Positions 25,629-36,248 of a stretch of DNA of 64,000 nucleotides are shown piece by piece. Within the stretch, counting starts at the first letter, position 1; each line of letters begins with the position of its first letter. This DNA comes from Eledone cirrhosa (taxonomy: Eukaryota): assembly GCA_964016885.1 (NCBI GenBank), contig OZ024743.1, positions 3,286,001 to 3,350,000 of the forward strand, in the 5' to 3' direction. The translations under genes were made by a program, and so were the position numbers. The notes under the pieces are model-generated. The model ran no database searches, had not been told where the DNA came from, and worked only from the letters and a program-made list of their open reading frames with translations.

Positions 25629-26360
25629 TAGCAGCTGTACCCAGCGTTGCCTGGGTAGGTAAAATAATATCTGCTTTGATGAAAATCTTAGCGACTGTTT
25701 CTCGGTGCTCATCTATGGCCACACACAGGCCATGCGGGGGAGGGTGGTGATGATCTCTATCACTGAGAAACGCGGGTGACTTATGAAGGGGCATGCGGGG
25801 GGGGGGGTTCGAATTTGAACGAAATCGGTTGAAAAATGTGGGAGCTAGAGCCGAAAAGGTGGTATTTTCGAATATTTAAGCGGCTGCTACGCCGTTCCTG
25901 AACAAAACATCCCAAATATAAATCCACTTTAAGACGTGAAATAATCAGATCTAGCGCAGTGTAAAATTTGAACAAAGTAGGTTGATTAATGTGGGAGCTA
26001 GAGCCGAAAAAGTGGAAATTTGAGTATAAAAGTTGTATTTTTGAATATTTAAGCGGCTACCACGCCGTTCCAGAACAACAAATGCAAAATATAAAACCAT
26101 TACAGGATGTGCAATGATAAATTCTATTTTGCTTTAAAATTTGAACGAAATCGGTGGCAAAATGTGGGAGCTAGAGCCAAAAATCTTATTTTTCGATACC
26201 TAAAAAAAGGTGACCCCCTATCGATTTTATCTGCAGAATGACCCCGGAATAAAAAAAAAAACGATACGCTGATATATAGAAAACACTCCCCGATGACTAA
26301 TCTATGAGCCTGTAAAGTTTCATGAAAATCGGTCGTAAGAAGTAGGCCCCTATAGGTAAT

Positions 26361-26452
<92 letters not shown>

Positions 26453-26470
26453 TTAATTTTATATATATAC
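25628..26470 (-). mobile_element. Non-autonomous Helitron
   Basis: Minus-strand 3' hairpin cccaggcaacgctggg + CTAG|T; internal aatgtgggagctagagcc repeats; microsatellite near the 5' end. Confidence 0.7.
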
Positions 26471-26699
26471 ACATATATATATATATATACTGTATATTTT
26501 TATACTTTGGGAGGGTCATGCTGCTAATAAAAAACCCGCACCTGTAGGGTTTCACTTCAATTTAATATCATAATTTCCCAGTCGGTTAGTTTAATAACCG
26601 AATGGTTGTATAGTTGTTGATTGTCAATACGCTTTCATCACACATTCTGTGACCTCTTCAGTGGCTATGTATGTTGTCATTTTGTGTCATCCTTTGTTC

Positions 26700-27039
26700 T
26701 GTCATAAGCTATCTTGGCGTATACATACATATAAGATTATCTTTTATGACTTCCCTAAACCACTCCTTTGGTTTATACTGTGGCCATTTTCGTTTGGTCA
26801 ACTCCCTATGAAATAATTGTTTAGGCAGCCCTTCATCTTCCATCCTGGCCACAGGACCAGCTCTAGATATGTGTTTCATAATAATCCCCTTCTCAATAAT
26901 GGTGCTGCCCGCTTTCTCAAGTACTGCAGCATCAGCTGTGTAAGAGGACCACTTAATGTTGAGGATGCGTCGGATATAATGCTGATGAACCCTTTTCAAC
27001 TGCCTGATGCTAAGTTGTTTCGCATCATAATATCAGGGT

Positions 27040-27040
<1 letters not shown>
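26700..27040 (-). mobile_element. RTE LINE fragment
   Basis: HQHYIRRILNIKW..VLEKAG..ARMEDEGLPKQLF. Confidence 0.7.
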
Positions 27041-27084
<44 letters not shown>

Positions 27085-27100
27085 CTGTCTTCAGAAATAA

Positions 27101-27238
27101 TCATTATTTCTGAAGACAGCATATATATGTGTAGGTATGTATATTCCCTCTGATAGTTTGTAAAATGTTTACATAGATCTATATGATATACATACCAACA
27201 CACACATATATATCCTAGAAACGATCGTAAAATGATGA
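27101..27238 (+). ncRNA. Hammerhead ribozyme with giant helix II (copy 2, subfamily A) in a truncated PLE terminus 27082-27430
   Basis: ucauuauuu CUGAAGA-[101 nt hairpin]-GAAAC GAUC GUA aaaugauga; 9-bp helix I; downstream tail homologous to 63546-63735. Confidence 0.8.
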
Positions 27239-27424
27239 ATTTTTTAATATAAGGAACTGTTTCTTTGTTTTTATTCATTGTTTTTATTAATTTATCTTGA
27301 CTCTGTTTTCCTGTGATTTTCATCGAAAATTTTTTTGAATACATCTTCTCTTTTCATGATATTTGGATTACATTGAGTTCTTCATACGTATTGGACACTA
27401 CCGTATATTTTGGTAGATTTATTT

Positions 27425-27499
<75 letters not shown>

Positions 27500-27550
27500 T
27501 GAACATATATATATATGTGTATGTATATATATATATATATATATATATTT

Positions 27551-28158
27551 GTGTCAGGTCACCAGTTGGTGCTACTGGTAACATGTATCCCAGTACAACC
27601 TGTCTCATGGTCGAGTCGTTGGCGACTAAACTGGCAACCCCACCAAGATTTCTTGGTGAGGAGGGTGACTTTGGACATCCTGCAGGACTAAAAACAAAAC
27701 CTGTCAAAGGGCAAAGGAGCTCTTAAGAGTCAATGGCCATCCAAAATCACCGGGAGAGATGACCCCTTAGCCTTTGTCAAGGCAGAATTCTAGGAGAAGG
27801 AAAACTCTGATATAACACCTGCAACCCTGATGGTATCCAATGATGTTGAAGTGTTCTTCTTTTTGGTAAATATCATCTTGGTTAAGAGAGTGGGACTGGC
27901 TTTGTGCAGTGCCTTTGCTCACTATAAAAGCTTCACGGCACAGGCATTGCTTTATATCTGGAGATCTCTCTGCACTTGTCGTCACATGGTACCATGGGCC
28001 CAGCACTATGTGTCAATAATTGTCACAAGTGTAGTGTTTGTACCAGAATTTTCAAGTCGCTGGCTGGACTAAAAAGTCACACTCGTTCAGCGCATCGGTA
28101 GGGGTTCTCCTACATGGATATAAAGTAGTGGCCGTACTCGAAAACGAGTTGGCAGCCA

Positions 28159-28162
<4 letters not shown>
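27551..28162 (+). mobile_element. RTE-derived bipartite non-autonomous retroelement (~610 bp)
   Basis: Inverted near-identical copy of 24299-24910, flanked by (TA)n. Confidence 0.7.
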
Positions 28163-28223
<61 letters not shown>

Positions 28224-28342
28224 CAAATGGAAACAATATTTATAAAACCATATTTATTTCATTATACATATTTCAAGGACACCAAAGCAAATTATGGTGC
28301 GCTTTCATCAGATAAAATATAATATAGATCAGTTTTATATTA

Positions 28343-28407
28343 TATTTTATCTGATGAAAGCGCACCATAATTTGCTTTGGTGTCCTTGAAATATGTATAA
28401 TGAAATA
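28343..28407 (+). ncRNA. Type I minimal hammerhead ribozyme in fold-back insertion 28221-28540 (mirror copy on minus strand 28254-28318)
   Basis: uauuuuau CUGAUGA aagcgcacca...uggugu-ccuu GAAA uaugua UA augaaaua. Confidence 0.8.
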
Positions 28408-28537
28408 AATATGGTTTTATAAATATAGTTTCCATTTGTTAATATATTGTATTTTTACTCCAAAAATTTGTTGAGTGCTTTATATCAGTTATAAAAATAT
28501 TTGCCTGTTGTATCCCAACAAATTAAATATAACTTCT

Positions 28538-28596
<59 letters not shown>

Positions 28597-29005
28597 TGCT
28601 AGAAACATATATATGTATATTTGATTTTTGTAATTTCATAGTGCGTACAGACACAAATGCGCACAAACTCATACACAGATACGTGGTGACTAGTTGTTAA
28701 GACACCAACTGGTAATTGGGCATGATCAAGATTGTAAGTTTGGTTATACGAGTAGATTCTTGGTGATAGGACAAAGAAATTCTATTCGTCACTGTATGAG
28801 TAAGATTGCATGTCCTTTTTCTTTTTTATTAATGAGAATGTATTATTTTTTTAACACGTATTCCTTAATTGATGGTACTGATAATATTCAAATCTGAATA
28901 CATTCGGTTGCTAGGATCATAGGATCATTTGAGCGCCAGCCAAATCGCTTGTAGTGATTGTTCTCGGTCAAATACCGCGAGATTGATTTTACTTCTGTCT
29001 GCCTG

Positions 29006-29076
<71 letters not shown>

Positions 29077-29461
29077 TGTCTGACGTTTAATCTCATTCGC
29101 TTTCCCTCTTTCTTTTGATCACCACCCCTTATTCTTACTCTCTTAGAAACGGCAACGCTGACCAAATTCGAGCTCAAAGATGAAACGTTGGTGGTAGTTG
29201 AAGTGATGGCTCAGCTGGAATACATTATCAATAGTTATTGTTATACTTCGTTTGTCACTGATACCTGGCAGCTAATTTGTTTACCGGATTGGTTTGGAAG
29301 AAAAGCTGCTTTAAGCTTTAGGGTCTGGTGAAACCGACGTGGTTAACATTCCTCTTCAACTGATGCAAGTCGATGGACGCAGACCCCCCCCCCCCCCAAA
29401 AAAAAAAACCACAACAACAACAACAACAACAAACAAACAAGTGAAAAAATACATTTGCAGT

Positions 29462-29782
29462 GAGGAATTCTAGAGTCCGGCGTTCCAGGGAGGAATTCTA
29501 GAGATCCGGCGTTCCAGGGAGGAATTCTAGAGATCCGGCGTTCCAGGGAGGAATTCTAGAGTCCGGCGTTCCAGGGAGGAATTCTAGAAATCCGGCGTTC
29601 CAGGGAGGAATTCTAGAGGTCCGGCGTTCCAGGGAGGAATTCTAGAGTCCGGCGTTCCAGGGAGGAATTCTAGAAATCCGGCGTTCCAGGGAGGAATTCT
29701 TGAAATCCGGCGTTCCAGGGAGGAATTCTAGAAATCCGGCGTTCCAGGGAGGAATTCTAGAGGTCCGGCGTTCCAAGGAGGA
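29462..29782. repeat. Minisatellite, ~10-11 copies of a 29-30 bp unit
   Basis: gaggaattctaga(g/a)atccggcgttccaggg repeated head-to-tail without spacers. Confidence 0.95.
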
Positions 29783-30239
29783 ATAACTGGGAAAAAGGAT
29801 ATACCGAGGAGACGGAAGTGACAGAAGATCATAAATTTGGATGACCGGAGGTGCATAGAGGAATGAATTGGAACTACATGTGTGTGTAAAAGCGGCACAG
29901 AATCAACCATCTCCGACGAACAAACATTTCTATAGTTGCAGTAAAAAAAGACTAATACAGGTGGGCAAGGGGTCAGATTTTGCTTTTGTCAGTTTTTGCA
30001 ATGCAATATTTCCTATATTGAGATCATCACTGAGGAAGACACTTAAAGGTTCTATTTGAGCACTCTTTATATTTAGAGAAAGTAAAGTGAAATAATTTTC
30101 TTGGTGTGTTTTGTGATTTTGTCTTTGTGCTTTTGATATAGACAAGATTGGTCTAAGAGGAATAATAGAACCCTTACGGTTTTGATACGTTTTAAATGTA
30201 TCAAGGTGGGAGTTTGGAAGGTTATTGAAAACGAAGTTT

Positions 30240-30350
30240 GGGTTCTTCTTCTTCTTCTTTGCCCACATATTCCTGAGAGGGTCGTGGTGGCAGAGTCTTC
30301 AAACACTCCTTCCAGCGTCCTGTCAGAAGCAAACGTTTCCAACTGATCCG
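30240..30350 (-). mobile_element. 3' end of an RTE-like LINE with (GAA)n tail; same family as 46790-48300
   Basis: ttcttcttc..gcccacatattcctgagagggtcgtggtggcagagtc. Confidence 0.6.
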
Positions 30351-31772
30351 GTTGGAGTTAGAGTGTCGGATAAATGCGTTGGCCCATTTTCCGTCCGGCT
30401 TTTCCATTTTCTGAATCCAAATTCCACCGAGGTCAACTTTGCCTTTCATCCTTGCGATTCAATAAAATATAGTACCAGCTCAGGGCGGTGAATTGGCGGA
30501 ATGTGTTAGAGCACTGGACTTAGCGTTATTCGTTACATTTTTGAATACTGAAGTAGTTGTCTTGAATTTACCAGTACCTAACCGACAAGATGGTGTCTTA
30601 TGAAAAGTGTTCATTAACAGAGCCCTATCACGTCTATTAAATGTTCGTTGGTGGTTGACGAGACCAATACAGAACAAACCCGGCCGCAGCGGTTGTGGAG
30701 GAAATTCATTTCAAGCTCATAACGCTTGTCAACGAAGTCACCAGGAGTTGTTGATCAACCTGATAACTCCTTAGGATAGAATTAGAGACCCAAATGCTAG
30801 CAAGCACTTTCATTTTTTAAATTAAACGATGTGTTCAATATTTTGTTTACAAGTGGTTAGTAATGCCCTGCTTTCTTTACGTAAAGATGGTGCTAACATT
30901 TGTAGTTCAGTGTAGAGATGTGAATCCATGCTGTCATTTTGAAATCAGAAAATGTGGGCTGATTTGAGTCATAATTTTTTCTTGCGTTGGGAGGATGTTG
31001 GGTTTTAGGTGATGCTCTTTCGGAAGGTATTTCGTTAGGCTTTAGAATCGATTTAATTTGTGCAGCTTCTGGATAGAGTCAGCTCCAAAACACCAATACT
31101 AACGCAACTAACACCTTTAAAAAGTACTTCAATTTGATCATAGTTGACTCTAAACAACAACACAGCACTCAACAAAATTACCAGCTGAAACATAACAAAC
31201 ACAAGCATAACCACCATTATCAGCACCACCACCACCACCACCACCACCACCACCACCACTACAGCCAATATCAGCACCAACAAAGCCACCACTAGCAAAC
31301 ATACAACCACCGCTATCATCATGACTACCACCACCAATGCAAGCGTCATTAATACCAACACACCCATTACCACCAACCACCACAACTACCACCACCACAG
31401 TCAATATCAGCCAAACAACTACTGCCACTAATACCACTACAACCATTACTACGGCTATTAGCATCAATAACAAAACTAACAACAATTGCAACAACAAAAA
31501 CAACATTGATAATTAAGAAGAGGAAGTATAAATTAACTTTTACAACAGGTGTTTCGTATCCTGTGTCACAGGTAGGTAGACAATAATTGTGTCTGAGTTA
31601 TTCATTCCAGATGTCACTGCATATTCTGACGTCATCACATAAACAACATTAGTATTGTTGGTGCTGCTGATGATGATGAGGATGGTGGGGATATTAGTGG
31701 TGGTGATAGGGACGATGGTGATGATTATGATGAAGATAATGATGATTGTTGTGGTGATGAGGGCGAATGTAC

Positions 31773-31822
<50 letters not shown>

Positions 31823-32027
31823 GAATAATCGAGTATCGGAAAATCAGCTCACGAATTAACGATAAACAAATCCGACATGAGTGGCAGAGGGCTCAATAAT
31901 TCAGATAAATCAGAGCTATAACTATCGTTAAAATACCAACACACAAAGATTATGCCTAAAATCACCCGTGCAGCCGAAAAAGAACGACCAGGAAGATTCG
32001 GGTCACTCAAATAAAATATCAATAAAT

Positions 32028-32087
<60 letters not shown>

Positions 32088-32090
<3 letters not shown>

Positions 32091-32397
32091 CGAAGGAAAT
32101 GTGGTATATTCAGTACAGAATTAGCCGTCGAAACGGCTTGAGCTCAGCCGTCGGGGTCTTACTTGTTCCTATATATATATATATAGGAACGAGTAGGACC
32201 CCGACGGCTGAGCTCAAGCCGTTTTGACGGCTAATTCTGGACTAATTATCAGACTGATTTAGTCCAGAATTAGCCGTCGAAACGGCTTGAGCTCAGCCGT
32301 CGGGGTCCTACTCGTTCCTATTACCCACTCTACTACCCTAAGTATTGAGTACTTTGGTGCGTTATGGTCCACCTGGTTCCTTACCACATTTCCTTCG

Positions 32398-32400
<3 letters not shown>
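32088..32400 (+). mobile_element. Fold-back PLE-like terminus carrying the 3' half of a hammerhead; shorter copy at 49990-50105
   Basis: Inverted arms 32184-32245 / 32260-32320; GAAAC ggcu ugagcuc agcc GUC at 32279-32301; shared tail tacccactctactaccc...ccacatttccttcgtt. Confidence 0.6.
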
Positions 32401-32436
<36 letters not shown>

Positions 32437-32660
32437 TGAATATAAAAGAAAAACATTCACAGACATATACATATATGTGTTCAAATCGTAAGGGACCAGA
32501 TTCGCTAAGGTGAAAAGAATACTAACTATAGACAATAGGGTGAGAGTTAGTGAGACATTTAGTGGTGTGAGTTTGTGAGACACGCTAAGTTCAGATACCA
32601 TGTGCGTTATTATATATACGCACACTATTCAGTTTTTTAATATACTTAGAAGTGTCCAGG

Positions 32661-32758
32661 CTACTAATTCTTCACCCACTGATGAGCAAGAATTGGTATT
32701 CCTCTTCACAATTAATTTTGCGAAACAGCATTATCAAAACTGTCCGGGTGATTGGTAG
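32661..32758 (+). ncRNA. Canonical type I hammerhead ribozyme in PLE-like terminus 32430-33010
   Basis: cuacuaau..ucaccca CUGAUGA gcaagaauug...caauuaauuuugc GAAAC ag cauuaucaaaa cu GUC cgggugauugguag; all three helices form, GUC triplet. Confidence 0.85.
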
Positions 32759-33009
32759 TTACCACAATTCCGGTTTGTATTTACTTTCTTGATTTATTCT
32801 TAAATTGAGGCTGGCAAACCCTATTGTCTATAGTTAGTATTCTTTTCACCTTAGCGAATCTGGTCCCTTACGATTTGAACACATATGTATATGTCTGTGT
32901 TCGTTTTTCTTTTATATTCAGTTATAATATACGGCTCGGAAAAAATCTCTTTTCTAGAGCTATTTTATTGTAAGAGACTATTTTGAGTTTCTAACTCAAT
33001 ATATACCTT

Positions 33010-33072
<63 letters not shown>

Positions 33073-33079
<7 letters not shown>

Positions 33080-34740
33080 GTGAGGTTTTTTTACAAAATT
33101 AAAAATAACCGGTGTCCTACACGAGTGAAAGTATAAAGAAATAAAGATGAAATCGAAAATGCAACTGGAGTCTTATTAAAAAAAAAAATATATATATTTA
33201 TTTGGTTCCTTTACCGGTTTCGCAGTTCTTCTGCTTTTCAAAAGTAGAGTTGAGATGGAGGGTCTGTGGTTTTTCTCACATGTGAAAAAAACCACAGACC
33301 CACCATCTTAACTCTACTTTTGAAAAGCAGAAGAACTGCGAAACCGGTAAAGGAACCAAATAAATATATATATTATTTGAATTTGGATTTAATGCTCTGA
33401 AATAGCGATATATATGTGAAGACAAACATAGAATATTCGAAAATATTCTGTATGTTTATAATAAACATTTTGAAGACCTAATCGCTATAGAATAGAATAC
33501 GTCACGTATTACAATTTGAGATTCTCGATAAAAGCAAGGGAAGTAACCTACGCGTTTCATTCTTATTTGAAATCATCAGGATTACATATCCAATGCTTTT
33601 ATCGAGAATGACACAGCTAGAGACTTATAGAATACTTAGCTGTGTACAGGAACTGGTTTGAAAGAGCGGTTGCCGGTCCGGCAGAAATTAGAATTTGGAT
33701 TTAATGCTCTGAAATAGCGATATATATGTGAAGACAAACATAGAATATTCGAAAATATTCTGTATGTTTATAATAAACATTTTGAAGACCTAATCGCTAT
33801 AGAATAGAATACGTCACGTATTACAATTTGAGATTCTCGATAAAAGCAAGGGAAGTAACCTACGCGTTTCATTCTTATTTGAAATCATCAGGATTACATA
33901 TCCAATGCTTTTATCGAGAATGACACAGCTAGAGACTTATAGAATACTTAGCTGTGTACAGGAACTGGTTTGAAAGAGCGGTTGCCGGTCCGGCAGAAAT
34001 TAGAATTTGGATTTAATGCTCTGAAATAGCGATATATATGTGAAGACAAACATAGAATATTCGAAAATATTCTGTATGTTTATAATAAACATTTTGAAGA
34101 CCTAATCGCTATAGAATAGAATACGTCACGTATTACAATTTGAGATTCTCGATAAAAGCAAGGGAAGTAACCTACGCGTTTCATTCTTATTTGAAATCAT
34201 CAGGATTACATATCCAATGCTTTTATCGAGAATGACACAGCTGATGATTTCAAATAAGAATGAAACGCGTAGGTTACTTCCCTTGCTTTTATCGAGAATC
34301 TCAAATTGTAATACGTGACGTATTCTATTCTATAGCGATTAGGTCTTCAAAATGTTTATTATAAACATACAGAATATTTTCGAATATTCTATGTTTGTCT
34401 TCACATATATATCGCTATTTCAGAGCATTAAATCCAAATTCTAATTTCTGCCGGACCGGCAACCGCTCTTTCAAACCAGTTCCTGTACACAGCTAAGTAT
34501 TCTATAAGTCTCTAGCTGTGTCATTCTCGATAAAAGCATTGGATATGTAATCCTGATGATTTCAAATAAGAATGAAACGCGTAGGTTACTTCCCTTGCTT
34601 TTATCGAGAATCTCAAATTGTAATACGTGACGTATTCTATTCTATAGCGATTAGGTCTTCAAAATGTTTATTATAAACATACATATATTATTTAAAAAAT
34701 ATGACTCCAGTTGCATTTTCGATTTCATCTTTTTTCTTTA
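33073..34740. mobile_element. Fold-back element (same family as 43158-43500) interrupted by the 312-bp array
   Basis: Palindrome centred on cacatgtg (~33280); the right arm resumes at 34694 after the array. Confidence 0.8.
33379..34682. mobile_element. Retrozyme-like tandem array: 312-bp unit with one minimal HHR per unit; ~2.8 units on minus, then ~1.4 units on plus
   Basis: Unit starts at 33379, 33691, 34003; inversion at ~34241; HHR guaauc CUGAUGA uuucaaauaagaau GAAAC GC GUA gguuac (34547-34589); 11-bp TSD atatattattt. Confidence 0.9.
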
Positions 34741-34865
34741 TATATATATATATATATATATACTTCATACATACATACATATATACATAATATACATACA
34801 CACACACATATATACATATTCATCATACATACATACATATAAATATACACACACACACAATTCCC

Positions 34866-34996
<131 letters not shown>

Positions 34997-35007
34997 CGTA
35001 TATAGAT

Positions 35008-35069
<62 letters not shown>

Positions 35070-35467
35070 TAGAGAATGAGTTTAACAGAATAGGGACGTA
35101 CTGATCACATTATGGTCTGTCGGTTGTGAAACAGATAAAAAGAAGCGCTCAACGACCTGTATAAATGGTACAAGACGGAGCATTATCTCCTTATAATATA
35201 TAACCAGCAATTTCTCTGTCTGTCTGTCCGACAGTGGAAACACGTGCGCGCGTGGTTGCTATCTCTCTCTCTCCAGCTATCCCTCTCTTTTAGTCTGTCT
35301 GTTTCTCTCACTCTCACTCTTTCTCTTTGTAACACACTAACATTCCTCCCCTCTATCGCAGTGACGAATGGGGAGATGGAAGAGGAGGAGAAGGAGAGAG
35401 TCACTTCGTCACTTCACCTCTGTCTTTCTTTCTCTCCCCTCTCACTCCCTCATTACGTACAGACATT

Positions 35468-35655
35468 AGGGCGGTAGATTGGCAGAATCTGGGTCGGACA
35501 CCATGCTTCATAGCATGGAGTTACGTCCCTTTACGATCTGAGTTCAAATACCGCCGAGGTTAACTTTGCCTTTCATCCTCATGGGGTCGATAAAATAAAG
35601 TACCAGTAATGTACTGGGTAATTGCTGGCCTTGTGCCAAAAGTAGAAACAATTAT
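35468..35655 (+). mobile_element. Nin-type tRNA SINE
   Basis: tggcagaatc..gagttcaaat..gcctttcatcc..gggtcgataaaataaagtaccag..ggccttgtgccaaaagtagaaac. Confidence 0.8.
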
Positions 35656-35850
35656 TAGAAACATTGCTTCATTTTTACATATCTAAGCATTAGTAAAATA
35701 ACTAATAATTTCAAAAGTAATTTTTCAATTCCAATTGTTATGAACAGCAAAACATTAATAATAATTTTGTTCTAAGAAATATATATACATTTCTGTGTGT
35801 GTAATATATATATATATACACACAGAAATATAAATACATTTATGTGTGTG

Positions 35851-35897
<47 letters not shown>

Positions 35898-35994
35898 GAA
35901 ATATATATATATACATACAGAAATATATATACATTTCTGTGTGTGTAATATATATATATATACACACAGAAATATATATACATTTCTATGTCTG

Positions 35995-36043
<49 letters not shown>

Positions 36044-36141
36044 GAAATATATATATACTTTTCTGTGTGTGTAATATATATATAGACTAGAACTGTTTCA
36101 TTCTTGAGAAATCACCAGGAATATATATATATATATTGGTT

Positions 36142-36192
36142 AGTTTCAGAAGATCCCGTTAAGGGTGAAAGCAGCGATTCTTTGCTTAAACT
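36142..36192 (+). ncRNA. Hammerhead-like motif with CAGAAGA (U4A) core; identical copy at 51053-51103
   Basis: aguuu CAGAAGA uccc-guuaa-gggu GAAA gcag-cgauucu-uugc UU aaacu. Confidence 0.6.
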
Positions 36193-36203
36193 TTAATCTT
36201 TTA

Positions 36204-36248
<45 letters not shown>

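Noticed and set aside
24299-28162. Composite transposon bounded by ~610-bp inverted repeats
   Set aside because: The repeats belong to a dispersed retro-derived family with other copies in the window, and the interior is unrelated debris; independent insertions are simpler.
29462-29782. Possible CRISPR array
   Set aside because: Units are contiguous with no unique spacers, there are no cas genes, and the context is eukaryotic.
31180-31510. Val/Gly-rich membrane-protein-like ORFs (also 52040-52600)
   Set aside because: Degenerate (CAC)/(CAA)/(GTG)n trinucleotide repeats with no domain signal.
32184-32245. HDV-like ribozyme (hairpin followed by gcuaauucugg)
   Set aside because: No P1/P2/P3 partners could be assigned; better explained as the antisense of a hammerhead 3' half.
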